Below are positions 16,894-24,000 of a stretch of 24,000 nucleotides of DNA, in pieces. Each line of letters opens with the position of its first letter. The stretch's first letter is position 1. The stretch is from Pueribacillus sp. YX66 (GTDB taxonomy: Bacteria; Bacillota; Bacilli; Bacillales; UBA6769), in contig NZ_JBEUEL010000004.1 of NCBI RefSeq assembly GCF_041725775.1, positions 84,748 through 108,747 of the forward strand. Reading direction: 5' to 3'. A program made the position numbers and the translations under genes. Below the pieces are notes generated by a model that saw only the letters and a list, made by a program, of their open reading frames with translations, searched no databases and was not told the DNA's origin.

Positions 16894-17904
16894 TTATTTA
16901 ATATTTTGTTTAGAAGTGATCGGTGCTAGTCGTCGTGTACGCATTGCAAGCAAAATCGAAAGTAATGGTAGTACGATGAAAAACGATCCAAACGTTGCGT
17001 TATGTTTAACTGAAAACTGTTTGATGACAAAGCTCCCGATGAGCGTGCCAAATGCGATTCCGAAATGCAAAGCGAAGTTATTTAAACTTTGTTGGATAGT
17101 AGATGTTTTCTGGTGTAGGTAGCTTTGGACAGGTGGAGTAATCGTCCAACTCATAACCCCCCCAAATGATTAACGCGATGAAATAACGGTAGAACATTGG
17201 CCGAGTAAGGGATAAGAAGCATTATCACGCTTAATAAGATTGTAGAGGTAATGATCGTTCGTTCTGTTCCATATCGATCGGCACTAAAATCTTCGATGAA
17301 AAAGGTGTTAAAAAACTATAAAGAATAAAATGTCCAGCTAAAAAGAAAAATGTCGTGAAATGGCAAATAATTCGCTTCTGTTTTTCAATATTGCAATCTG
17401 TTGTTTTAGTGGGATAGGCGGTGACGAATCTATTTTTCTTAAAAGAAAAAACACACCCCCCATTAATGCGACTGTTAGGATCATAATAACGAAAAATGGC
17501 GCACGTTATTCGAACTAATGTTCGGGAAAACCCCCAATCGGAACGCCTAATACGATTGAACCGCTAATTCCCATAATGGTTTTACGATATTAGCTGTTAG
17601 CGTAATATAAAGAACGGTAAGTAATGCCCCGATTGCTACAGTGACTACTCTTAAAAGTACGAGAAGTGCATATGTTGCGCTAAATAACGCAAGTAAGCTA
17701 CCGAAAAAGGTGAAGATCGTTCGTTCGCTTCACTCGGCCAGTGACATAAAGAAGAACCGGACCAGCGAGTACAAAAACGAACGAAAAAATCGTAATTAAC
17801 CGTCCGGCTTGTCCGATTGTAATATTTAAATTCGTCGCAATTAAATCTAAAAGCCCTCCGATCACGAATTCAACCATTCCGAATAAATACACACGTTTAT
17901 CCAT
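16894..17904 (-). pseudogene. MFS transporter gene disrupted by multiple frameshifts
   Basis: The N-terminal (17698-17904) and C-terminal (16894-17154) ORF pieces are MFS-like. Hand translation of 17155-17760 recovers typical TM segments (ERTIFTFFGSLLALFSATYALLVLLRVVTVAIGALL, MGISGSIVLGVPIGG, TTFFFLAGHFILYSFLTPF) only by switching frame several times. Confidence 0.8.
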
Positions 17905-17922
17905 CTAAATTTATTATCTGTC

Positions 17923-18867
17923 TTATTTAAGCGATTGACGTTTTCGCTTTGCAAGATTAATTGCTTTTTGTGTATTCGCAAAGTGGAGTTTTGCACATTG
18001 CGTCAATACGTGTTCACCGTTATCAATGATGAGTTGAGCAGCAGCTTCATCGACTTGTTTTCCTGCACCTTTTGGTAAAGATATACCGAGTTGATTGCTA
18101 AGTTTATTCATTTCTGTTATAAAGCTGTAGCGGGCAATAATTGATGCCGCAGCAACTGAAAGATGTAGCCCTTCCGCTCGTGTAGCAAAATAGACTGACT
18201 TCACAACTTGTTTCTCTGACGACAAATAACGGAAATAAACGTCAGGGTTAGCAAATTGATCAATTAATATACCATCGTAACGGCCGTCAACTTTTTCAAT
18301 AACGTTGAGAAGTGCTCGGTTATGTAGCATCGCTTTCATTTTCCCTTGACTCATTCCTGAGCGTTGTAATTCGTTATACTTTTTATTATGTAAAATTAAT
18401 AAACTATACGGAATCGTTTGGATTAAATCTTTCGCAATGTTTGTAATTTGTAGATCTGATAAATATTTTGAGTCCTTCACACCTAATTCTTTTAGTAAGT
18501 CAACTTGATTGTTATGTACGAATGCGGCAGCGATTGTCACCGGACCGAAATAATCACCTGTTCCGACTTCGTCAGATCCGATCATCGATAAATGTTCAAT
18601 CTCTTTGGGTGGCGCCCACTGATGCTGATCGGTCGATCTTTGTTTTTTCTCGTTTGGTACGGCATGAGCCTGCCATTGAGCTGCTTCTTTTTCGGCACTT
18701 TTTCCTTGAAACATCACTTTCCCTGAACGGTACGCTGTAATTGTACAGTTCGGTAGTTTTGCTTGGAATAGACTGCCCGGTGGAACTTTTTCAGTTATGT
18801 ATGAGGCATAATGCGATTTTATCAATTCAATCTGTTGGTGTAACATGTTCAATACGATTGTTGCCAT
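17923..18867 (-). CDS. rnhC: Ribonuclease HIII
   Basis: 314 aa from the ATG at 18867 (MATIVLNMLHQ...), with SD AAAGGAG 11 nt upstream. The N-terminal domain ...PPGSLFQAKLPNCTITAYRSGKVMFQG and the catalytic GSDEVGTGDYFGP motif match RNase HIII. Length agrees with about 313 aa in B. subtilis. Confidence 0.9.
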   Translation of the reverse strand: MATIVLNMLHQQIELIKSHYASYITEKVPPGSLFQAKLPNCTITAYRSGKVMFQGKSAEKEAAQWQAHAVPNEKKQRSTDQHQWAPPKEIEHLSMIGSDEVGTGDYFGPVTIAAAFVHNNQVDLLKELGVKDSKYLSDLQITNIAKDLIQTIPYSLLILHNKKYNELQRSGMSQGKMKAMLHNRALLNVIEKVDGRYDGILIDQFANPDVYFRYLSSEKQVVKSVYFATRAEGLHLSVAAASIIARYSFITEMNKLSNQLGISLPKGAGKQVDEAAAQLIIDNGEHVLTQCAKLHFANTQKAINLAKRKRQSLK

Positions 18868-18978
18868 ATTAGAATGAGCTCCTTTCGTGATAAAGCGAAA
18901 CTTCCAACGGTGGTGGTTTAGGTCTACAAGAAGTGGGTCATGACGATGGGGTGTCCTTAGTCTTCGAACCGGTTTCAC

Positions 18979-19020
18979 CACTGATGGTTAGCAAGACTTA
19001 TCAGGTATTTAGTGCCCGTT
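18979..19020 (+). repeat. Copy C of a second conserved intergenic block (partner at 20014-20065)
   Basis: 18986-19020 versus 20031-20065 is 28/35 identical and ungapped (GGTTAGCrAGrCTTATCAGGT...). A flanking 6-bp stem CACTGA (18979-18984) / TTAGTG (19009-19014) is present. Confidence 0.7.
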
Positions 19021-19022
19021 AT

Positions 19023-19072
19023 CCCTCGCTTAGACCTCTTCGACATATTTCAAGTTTTAAAGCGAGGGTTTT
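19023..19072 (+). terminator. Terminator-like hairpin on the plus strand in the rnhC/zapA divergent region
   Basis: 9-bp GC-rich stem CCCTCGCTT (19023-19031) / AAGCGAGGG (19060-19068) followed by TTTT. The loop is long (28 nt), so function is uncertain. Confidence 0.4.
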
Positions 19073-19111
19073 ACGGACGGTTGAGACGTGACAAAAACGT
19101 CAGTATTCCAT

Positions 19112-19120
19112 ATTATAACA
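19112..19120 (-). promoter_or_regulatory. Candidate extended -10 promoter for rnhC
   Basis: The minus strand reads TGTTATAAT. The -35 is weak. If used, it implies a roughly 235-nt rnhC 5' UTR. Confidence 0.35.
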
Positions 19121-19168
19121 GATAGAGCTTTTCTAGCATCGTACCCTATTTTAATGCGTTGTAGCTCA

Positions 19169-19177
19169 TGGTATGAT
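19169..19177 (+). promoter_or_regulatory. Candidate extended -10 promoter for zapA-yshB
   Basis: TGgTATGAT at 19169-19177, about 35 nt upstream of the zapA start. The -35 is poor. Confidence 0.4.
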
Positions 19178-19212
19178 GGATATAAGACTCTTTTGCTAGA
19201 GGAGGACTTCAT

Positions 19213-19467
19213 GTGACGGAGGATAAAGAAAAAACACGTTCTACTGTTGAAATTTACGGTGAGAAGTATACAATTGTCGGTTATGAAAACCCTGAGCATA
19301 TTTATAAAGTTGCTTCAATTGTCGATAACAAAATGCGAGAAATTAAAGAAAAAAATCAAAATTTAGATACACGTAAATTAGCAGTTTTGACGGCTTTAAA
19401 CACTGTAAACGAACTGCTAAAATGTGAGGAAGAGTTAGAGCGTTTAAAAAAAGAAGTGAAAAATTGA
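19213..19467 (+). CDS. zapA: Cell division protein ZapA
   Basis: 84-aa ORF with a GTG start 7 nt after GGAGG. The sequence ...TVEIYGEKYTIVGYE...VASIVDNKMREIKEKN...KLAVLTALN matches ZapA/YshA. Confidence 0.9.
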   Translation: MTEDKEKTRSTVEIYGEKYTIVGYENPEHIYKVASIVDNKMREIKEKNQNLDTRKLAVLTALNTVNELLKCEEELERLKKEVKN

Positions 19468-19477
19468 GGAATAGACA

Positions 19478-20002
19478 ATGGTTGATTTAATTTTAATACT
19501 TTTACTTCTTTGCGGTTTTCTCATCGGATTAAGAAGAGGATTAGTGCTACAGATTGTTCATCTAAGCGGATTTATCGTCTCACTCATTATGGCATATGTT
19601 TTTTTTGATGACCTTGCACCGAAATTGAAACTATGGATTCCTTATCCGAATTTAGGTGACGGTACGAGTACGGTGTTAAGTATACTAAATGTCGAAGATA
19701 TTTATTATAAAGGGATTGCGTTTGCGATTTTGTTTTTCGGAACAAAAATTGCGATGCACATACTAGGATCGATGTTAGACTTTCTAGCTGACTTGCCCAT
19801 TTTGCGAACGATCAATGGTTGGCTTGGCGGAGTACTCGGCTTTTTAGAAATTTATCTAATCGTGTTTATCTTTTTGTACATTGCAGCGATTATACCGAAT
19901 GAATCCCTCCAAAATACGTTTAACAATTCATTCATCGCACAAATCATCATTAAACATACACCTTATTTCTCAGCTCACCTTCAAGAACTCTGGCTTAGTT
20001 AA
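19478..20002 (+). CDS. yshB: CvpA-family membrane protein (YshB-type)
   Basis: 174-aa ORF with four predicted TM segments. The N-terminus MVDLILILLLLCGFLIGLRRGLV is typical of CvpA. Its position after zapA fits. Confidence 0.85.
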   Translation: MVDLILILLLLCGFLIGLRRGLVLQIVHLSGFIVSLIMAYVFFDDLAPKLKLWIPYPNLGDGTSTVLSILNVEDIYYKGIAFAILFFGTKIAMHILGSMLDFLADLPILRTINGWLGGVLGFLEIYLIVFIFLYIAAIIPNESLQNTFNNSFIAQIIIKHTPYFSAHLQELWLS

Positions 20003-20013
20003 AGCGCGACTAC

Positions 20014-20065
20014 CATTAGCGTTAGCTCAAGGTTAGCGAGGCTTATCAGGTTCCTAATGTCCGTT
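20014..20065 (+). repeat. Copy D of the second conserved intergenic block (partner at 18979-19020)
   Basis: See copy C. The stem is CATTAG (20014-20019) / CTAATG (20054-20059), occupying alignment columns homologous to the stem of copy C. Confidence 0.7.
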
Positions 20066-20165
20066 TGAGTGCACTAATTACAGACGATTGTTACGTTGAA
20101 TAACAGATTATGATGTATCGTTTATTAAAAATTGTGAATTTGTGAGTACGTGCTAAAGATAAAAC

Positions 20166-20189
20166 AACTTCTCCTTTGGGGAAGTTTTT
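20166..20189 (+). terminator. Intrinsic terminator about 30 nt upstream of the polX start
   Basis: AACTTCTCC (20166-20174) / GGGGAAGTT (20178-20186), 9 bp with one G-U. The T-run covers 20185-20189. Confidence 0.7.
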
Positions 20190-20220
20190 GTACGTTTACA
20201 TGAATGAAAGTAGGTGGAAC

Positions 20221-21933
20221 ATGAACAAAAAAGAAGTAGTACAAACGTTGGAAATGATTAGTTTATATCTGGAAATTAAAGGGGAAAATCCATTTAAAAT
20301 TGCGGCATATCGGCGAGCAGCGCGAGCACTTGAAGAAGATGTAAGAAGTATGGCACAAATCGATGATGTCGAGAAAATAAAAGGGATCGGTAAAGGAACG
20401 GCTACAGTAATCAATGAATTACTAGAGACTGGGAAGTCGAGCCTTTTTGAACAGTTAAGAGAGGAAGTGCCTGAGAGCCTTTTACAACTATTGAAAATAC
20501 CTGGTCTCGGTGGGAAAAAAATTGCAACGTTATATAAGCAGTTGCAAATTACGGATTTGCTGTCATTGCAACAAGCATGTGAGAAAAATCAAGTGCGAAC
20601 ATTACCAGGCTTCGGAAAGCGGACAGAAGAAAACATTCTTTCGGCGATTCATGAACATCAAAAAGGTCCAAACCGTTTTCCAATTTGGATGGTGATTCCG
20701 ATTGTTGAAGAGATCGAACAGCAACTGTCGCTCATCCAAGAAATTGAACAATTTTCTGTAGCGGGAAGCTATCGCCGCTTTCGCGAAACGGTTAAAGATT
20801 TAGATTTTGTAATTGCAACGAAGGAGCCACGTTCTGTTGCTGAAAAGCTTAAAAAGTTTAAAAAGGTAGAGGCGGTTATTGCTTCTGGAGAAACAAAAGT
20901 AACGCTAGAATTAGCGTATGAGTATCCAATCCAAGTCGATTTTCGTCTCATAGAACCGTACGAATTTAGCACAACCTTGCACCACTTTACTGGATCCCAA
21001 CATCATAATATCGCGATGCGTCAACTTGCAAAAATGAAAGGAGAAAAGATTAGTGAATATGGGGTTGAAACAGGCGGTGGCGAATGGTTGACGTTTGCTT
21101 CTGAAGCAGAGTTGTTTCAACATTTTCAATTGCATTATATTCCACCAGAAGTTCGCGAAGGAACAGGTGAAATTGAGCAATTTAAACAACATGTCGATTT
21201 GATTGAATTGTACGACGTAAAAGGTGACTTGCACATGCACACGACGTGGAGTGATGGGGCGCATACAATTGAAGAAATGGCAAAAGCCGCAATCGAAAAA
21301 GGCTACGAATATATTGCGATTACAGATCACTCACAATCTTTAAAAGTAGCGAACGGTTTAACACCAGATCGAGTGAAACAGCAACGCGAAGAAATTAAAC
21401 GGTTAAATGAAACGTTTTCAAATTTTACAATTTTAACGGGCACAGAAATGGACATTTTGCCAGACGGAACGCTAGATTTTGACGATGAATTGTTAGCTGA
21501 GTCTGACTTTGTTATTGCTGCGATTCATTCCGCATTTTCGCAAAACAAAGATAAGATTATGCAGCGACTCATTAACGCTTTGAAAAATGTACATGTCGAT
21601 TTAATCGCACATCCTACGGGGAGATTAATTGGAAGAAGAGAAGGTTACAATGTTGACCTTGACATGCTAATTGAAGTCGCAAAAGAAACGAATACGGCGT
21701 TGGAGTTAAATAGCAACCCGCACAGGCTTGATTTAGCTCCTGAATGGCTTGAAAAAGCTCAGAAAAAAGGTGTGAAGATTGCGATTAATACAGATGCACA
21801 TAAGACACAGACCTTGGATCATATCAAGTACGGTATTGCAACGGCTAAAAAAGGTTGGATTCGAAAAGAAACCGTATTAAACACATATTCACTTTCTGAA
21901 CTGCGTCAGCACTTGCTTAGTTCTCAAACTTAA
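20221..21933 (+). CDS. polX: DNA polymerase / 3'-5' exonuclease PolX (Pol X core plus PHP domain)
   Basis: 570 aa from the ATG at 20221, with SD AGGTGG upstream. It has helix-hairpin-helix motifs (GIGKGTA, PGLGGKK, LPGFGKRT) and PHP-domain histidines (GDLHMHTTWSDG, AITDHS). Length equals that of B. subtilis PolX as I recall it. Confidence 0.92.
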   Translation: MNKKEVVQTLEMISLYLEIKGENPFKIAAYRRAARALEEDVRSMAQIDDVEKIKGIGKGTATVINELLETGKSSLFEQLREEVPESLLQLLKIPGLGGKKIATLYKQLQITDLLSLQQACEKNQVRTLPGFGKRTEENILSAIHEHQKGPNRFPIWMVIPIVEEIEQQLSLIQEIEQFSVAGSYRRFRETVKDLDFVIATKEPRSVAEKLKKFKKVEAVIASGETKVTLELAYEYPIQVDFRLIEPYEFSTTLHHFTGSQHHNIAMRQLAKMKGEKISEYGVETGGGEWLTFASEAELFQHFQLHYIPPEVREGTGEIEQFKQHVDLIELYDVKGDLHMHTTWSDGAHTIEEMAKAAIEKGYEYIAITDHSQSLKVANGLTPDRVKQQREEIKRLNETFSNFTILTGTEMDILPDGTLDFDDELLAESDFVIAAIHSAFSQNKDKIMQRLINALKNVHVDLIAHPTGRLIGRREGYNVDLDMLIEVAKETNTALELNSNPHRLDLAPEWLEKAQKKGVKIAINTDAHKTQTLDHIKYGIATAKKGWIRKETVLNTYSLSELRQHLLSSQT

Positions 21934-21949
21934 CGGGCAGGAGGATGGA

Positions 21950-24000
21950 ATGTTGCTAAAGAGAATGCTGCATCTTTTAGAATTTGATAAAATTAAAGAG
22001 CAATTACAAAAACACGCAGCGACGACACTTGGAAAAGAGAAAGTAAGTGAATTACTGCCTTTTTTTCACTTCGAACAGGTTGCACACGCATTAGAGGAAA
22101 CAGATGAAGCGTTAACGGTCATTCGTCTTAAAGGACAAGCGCCATTTGGTGGGATTCGAGATGTTCGGGCAGCAGTTCAACGATCCGTTATTGGTGGCAT
22201 GCTGAATGAAAATGAGTTAGTTGAAATCGAAACGACACTTCACGGCGCACGCCGACTAAAAAAATTTATTGAGTCAGTACAAGCTGACGATGAAGCAGAT
22301 GTACCGATCTTAATTGAACATTGTACGCAAATTGAACCTTGCAATGCATTAGAAATGGAAATCCGTCGATGTATTGATCGAGACGGACGCATTTCAGATG
22401 ATGCAAGTCCAGAACTAAAGCTTGTCCGAAATCAGTTAAGGAGTTACGAATCACGAATTCGTGAAAAACTCGAGCAACTTATTCGTTTAAGTGATAATCA
22501 AAAAAAGCTGTCGGATTCAATTATAACGATTCGCAATGATCGCTATGTCATACCGGTCAAACAAGAGTACAGATCTTCATTTGGTGGAATTGTTCACGAT
22601 CAATCCGCTTCAGGTCAAACATTGTTTATTGAACCAAACGCTGTCGTTATGATCAATAATCAATTAAGGGAAGCACAAGCGAAAGAACGGGTAGAAATTG
22701 AAAAAATTTTATTTGCGTTATCTGAAAAAGTTGCTTCATATTCAGATACGCTCCAACTAAACGTTAAGCAACTTGCGATGTTGGATTTTATATTTGCAAA
22801 AGCAGCTTATGCAAAAAAAGTAAATGCAACGAAACCAAAGCTAAATCAAAACCGCTATTTGCGTTATGATTCTGCGCGCCATCCACTCATTCCAAGTGAA
22901 GAAGTCGTGCCTATTTCACTTGAACTTGGCGGTTCATATGACACGATTGTAATTACTGGACCGAATACTGGGGGAAAAACGGTTACATTAAAAACAGTCG
23001 GCTTACTAACCCTTATGGCGCAAGCCGGACTTCATATTCCAGTGGCGGAAGGTTCTGAAGCGACGGTATTTGAGCACATATTTGCAGATATTGGAGATGA
23101 ACAATCGATTGAACAGAGTCTCAGTACGTTTTCGTCGCATATGACGAATATCGTTTCAATCTTAAATCACATCAACGAACGAAGTTTAGTGCTGTTTGAT
23201 GAGCTTGGTGCAGGAACGGATCCAGAAGAAGGTGCCGCCTTAGCGATTGCGATTTTAGATCATGTTCACCATATAGGTGCACGCTGTGTCGCGACAACCC
23301 ATTATAGCGAATTGAAGGCCTATGCATATAATCGCGAAAGTGTCATCAATGCGAGTGTGGAGTTTAACGCTAAGACATTAAAGCCGACGTATAAGCTTCT
23401 TATCGGTGTACCGGGACGAAGCAATGCGTTTGAAATCTCGAAGCGATTGGGCTTGAAAGCAAGCATTATTGATGCTGCGAAACGCCAAGTTTCAAGTGAA
23501 ACAACGAGCGTTGACAATATGATTATTGAACTTGAAAAGACGAAAAACAAAGCGGAGCGCGAATTAGCGGAAGCGAAACGAATTCGTAACGAAGTAGAAA
23601 TAGATAAACGGCAATATGAAGCTGAACGTCAAACGTTTGAAAAGGAAAAAGACCGTATGTTGAAGGCAGCTGAACAGAAAGCGAAAGATGCTGTTGAATT
23701 TGCAAAAATAGAAGCAGAGTCGATTATAAAGGAGCTACGTGAATATCGAAAAAATGGTGTAAAAGAACACAAGCTTATCGAAGCTAAAAAGCGTCTTGAA
23801 GCTGCTTCCCCCCAACTAGTTGAGAGGAAACAAAATGTATCGAAGCAAAAAACACGAGAGAAATTTGCGATTGGTGATGACGTAGAACTCACACATTTAT
23901 CACAAAAAGGCTCGATTATAGAACAAATTGATGACGGCGAATATCTCGTTCAAGTCGGCATAATGAAAGTAAACGTGAACGCTTCACAACTTAAAAAGAT
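21950..24000 (+). CDS. mutS2: Endonuclease MutS2 (3' end lies outside the window)
   Basis: ATG at 21950 follows AGGAGGATGG. The frame is open to the window end. It has a Walker A motif (ITGPNTGGKTVTLK), DELGAGTDP, and the long coiled-coil region typical of MutS2. This ORF is absent from the supplied ORF track because no stop codon falls within the window. Confidence 0.92.
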   Translation, partial: MLLKRMLHLLEFDKIKEQLQKHAATTLGKEKVSELLPFFHFEQVAHALEETDEALTVIRLKGQAPFGGIRDVRAAVQRSVIGGMLNENELVEIETTLHGARRLKKFIESVQADDEADVPILIEHCTQIEPCNALEMEIRRCIDRDGRISDDASPELKLVRNQLRSYESRIREKLEQLIRLSDNQKKLSDSIITIRNDRYVIPVKQEYRSSFGGIVHDQSASGQTLFIEPNAVVMINNQLREAQAKERVEIEKILFALSEKVASYSDTLQLNVKQLAMLDFIFAKAAYAKKVNATKPKLNQNRYLRYDSARHPLIPSEEVVPISLELGGSYDTIVITGPNTGGKTVTLKTVGLLTLMAQAGLHIPVAEGSEATVFEHIFADIGDEQSIEQSLSTFSSHMTNIVSILNHINERSLVLFDELGAGTDPEEGAALAIAILDHVHHIGARCVATTHYSELKAYAYNRESVINASVEFNAKTLKPTYKLLIGVPGRSNAFEISKRLGLKASIIDAAKRQVSSETTSVDNMIIELEKTKNKAERELAEAKRIRNEVEIDKRQYEAERQTFEKEKDRMLKAAEQKAKDAVEFAKIEAESIIKELREYRKNGVKEHKLIEAKKRLEAASPQLVERKQNVSKQKTREKFAIGDDVELTHLSQKGSIIEQIDDGEYLVQVGIMKVNVNASQLKK

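Noticed and set aside
16894-17904. Frameshifts in the MFS gene as simple sequencing errors
   Set aside because: This is not fully excluded. However, at least four or five lesions are concentrated in about 600 nt, while all neighbouring long genes with many homopolymers are intact. This favours true pseudogenisation.
18901-18925. CAACGGTGGTGGTTTAGG as a possible T-box motif upstream of zapA
   Set aside because: It does not fit the GGGTGGnACCGCG consensus, and no specifier or stem I architecture accompanies it.
18868-18981. 38-codon N-terminal extension of rnhC in the ORF track (MVKPVRRLRTPHRH...)
   Set aside because: The extension has no SD and no similarity to RNase HIII. The internal ATG at 18867 has a good SD and gives the expected length and N-terminus.
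18468-19299. 90-aa plus-strand ORF inside rnhC and 80-aa minus-strand ORF across the zapA start
   Set aside because: They are antisense to supported genes or span promoter and leader DNA. Neither has an SD.
20176-20220. 15-codon N-terminal extension of polX (TTG at 20176)
   Set aside because: That start would lie inside the terminator hairpin. The ATG at 20221 has an AGGTGG SD and gives the canonical 570 aa.
20196-23892. Minus-strand ORFs antisense to polX and mutS2, and the plus-strand alternative-frame ORF 20510-20695
   Set aside because: They are shadows of long conserved coding frames.
1-24000. Search for CRISPR arrays, tRNA/rRNA genes, transposases, integrases, prophage, toxin-antitoxin or defence modules
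   Set aside because: I found no regularly spaced direct repeats and no cloverleaf-like or rRNA-like sequence. All long ORFs are accounted for by housekeeping, germination or pseudogene calls.

Overview
Chromosomal housekeeping segment from a low-to-moderate GC Bacillaceae-type Firmicute. By my recollection of Bacillus subtilis gene order it is colinear with dnaI-ytxC-thrS / infC-rpmI-rplT / ysdC-sspI-ysgA-pheS-pheT-rnhC-zapA-yshB-polX-mutS2. Three known cis-regulatory RNAs are recognisable: a Thr T-box before thrS, a probable L20 attenuator leader before infC, and a Phe T-box before pheS. infC uses its classic ATT start. Two blocks are accessory relative to that backbone. One is a three-gene spore germinant receptor operon in B-A-C order plus an all-alpha dUTPase-like gene, lying between rplT and ysdC. 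The other is a decayed patch between pheT and rnhC, holding a 3' remnant of a sortase-anchored surface protein and a multiply frameshifted MFS transporter. I see no CRISPR array, tRNA, rRNA, transposase, defence system or toxin-antitoxin gene. The most unusual signal is non-coding. Four intergenic regions (before thrS, infC, zapA and polX) are 150-450 nt longer than expected and carry plus-strand sequence blocks that recur between them: 1673-1773 with 4227-4320, and 18986-19020 with 20031-20065. In both pairs, substitutions in a predicted stem are compensatory or G-U compatible on the plus strand only. This suggests a dispersed structured RNA or MITE-like repeat family sitting in leaders next to intrinsic terminators. 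With two copies per block and no tools this stays a hypothesis. All coordinates come from manual indexing and small features may be off by 1-2 nt.
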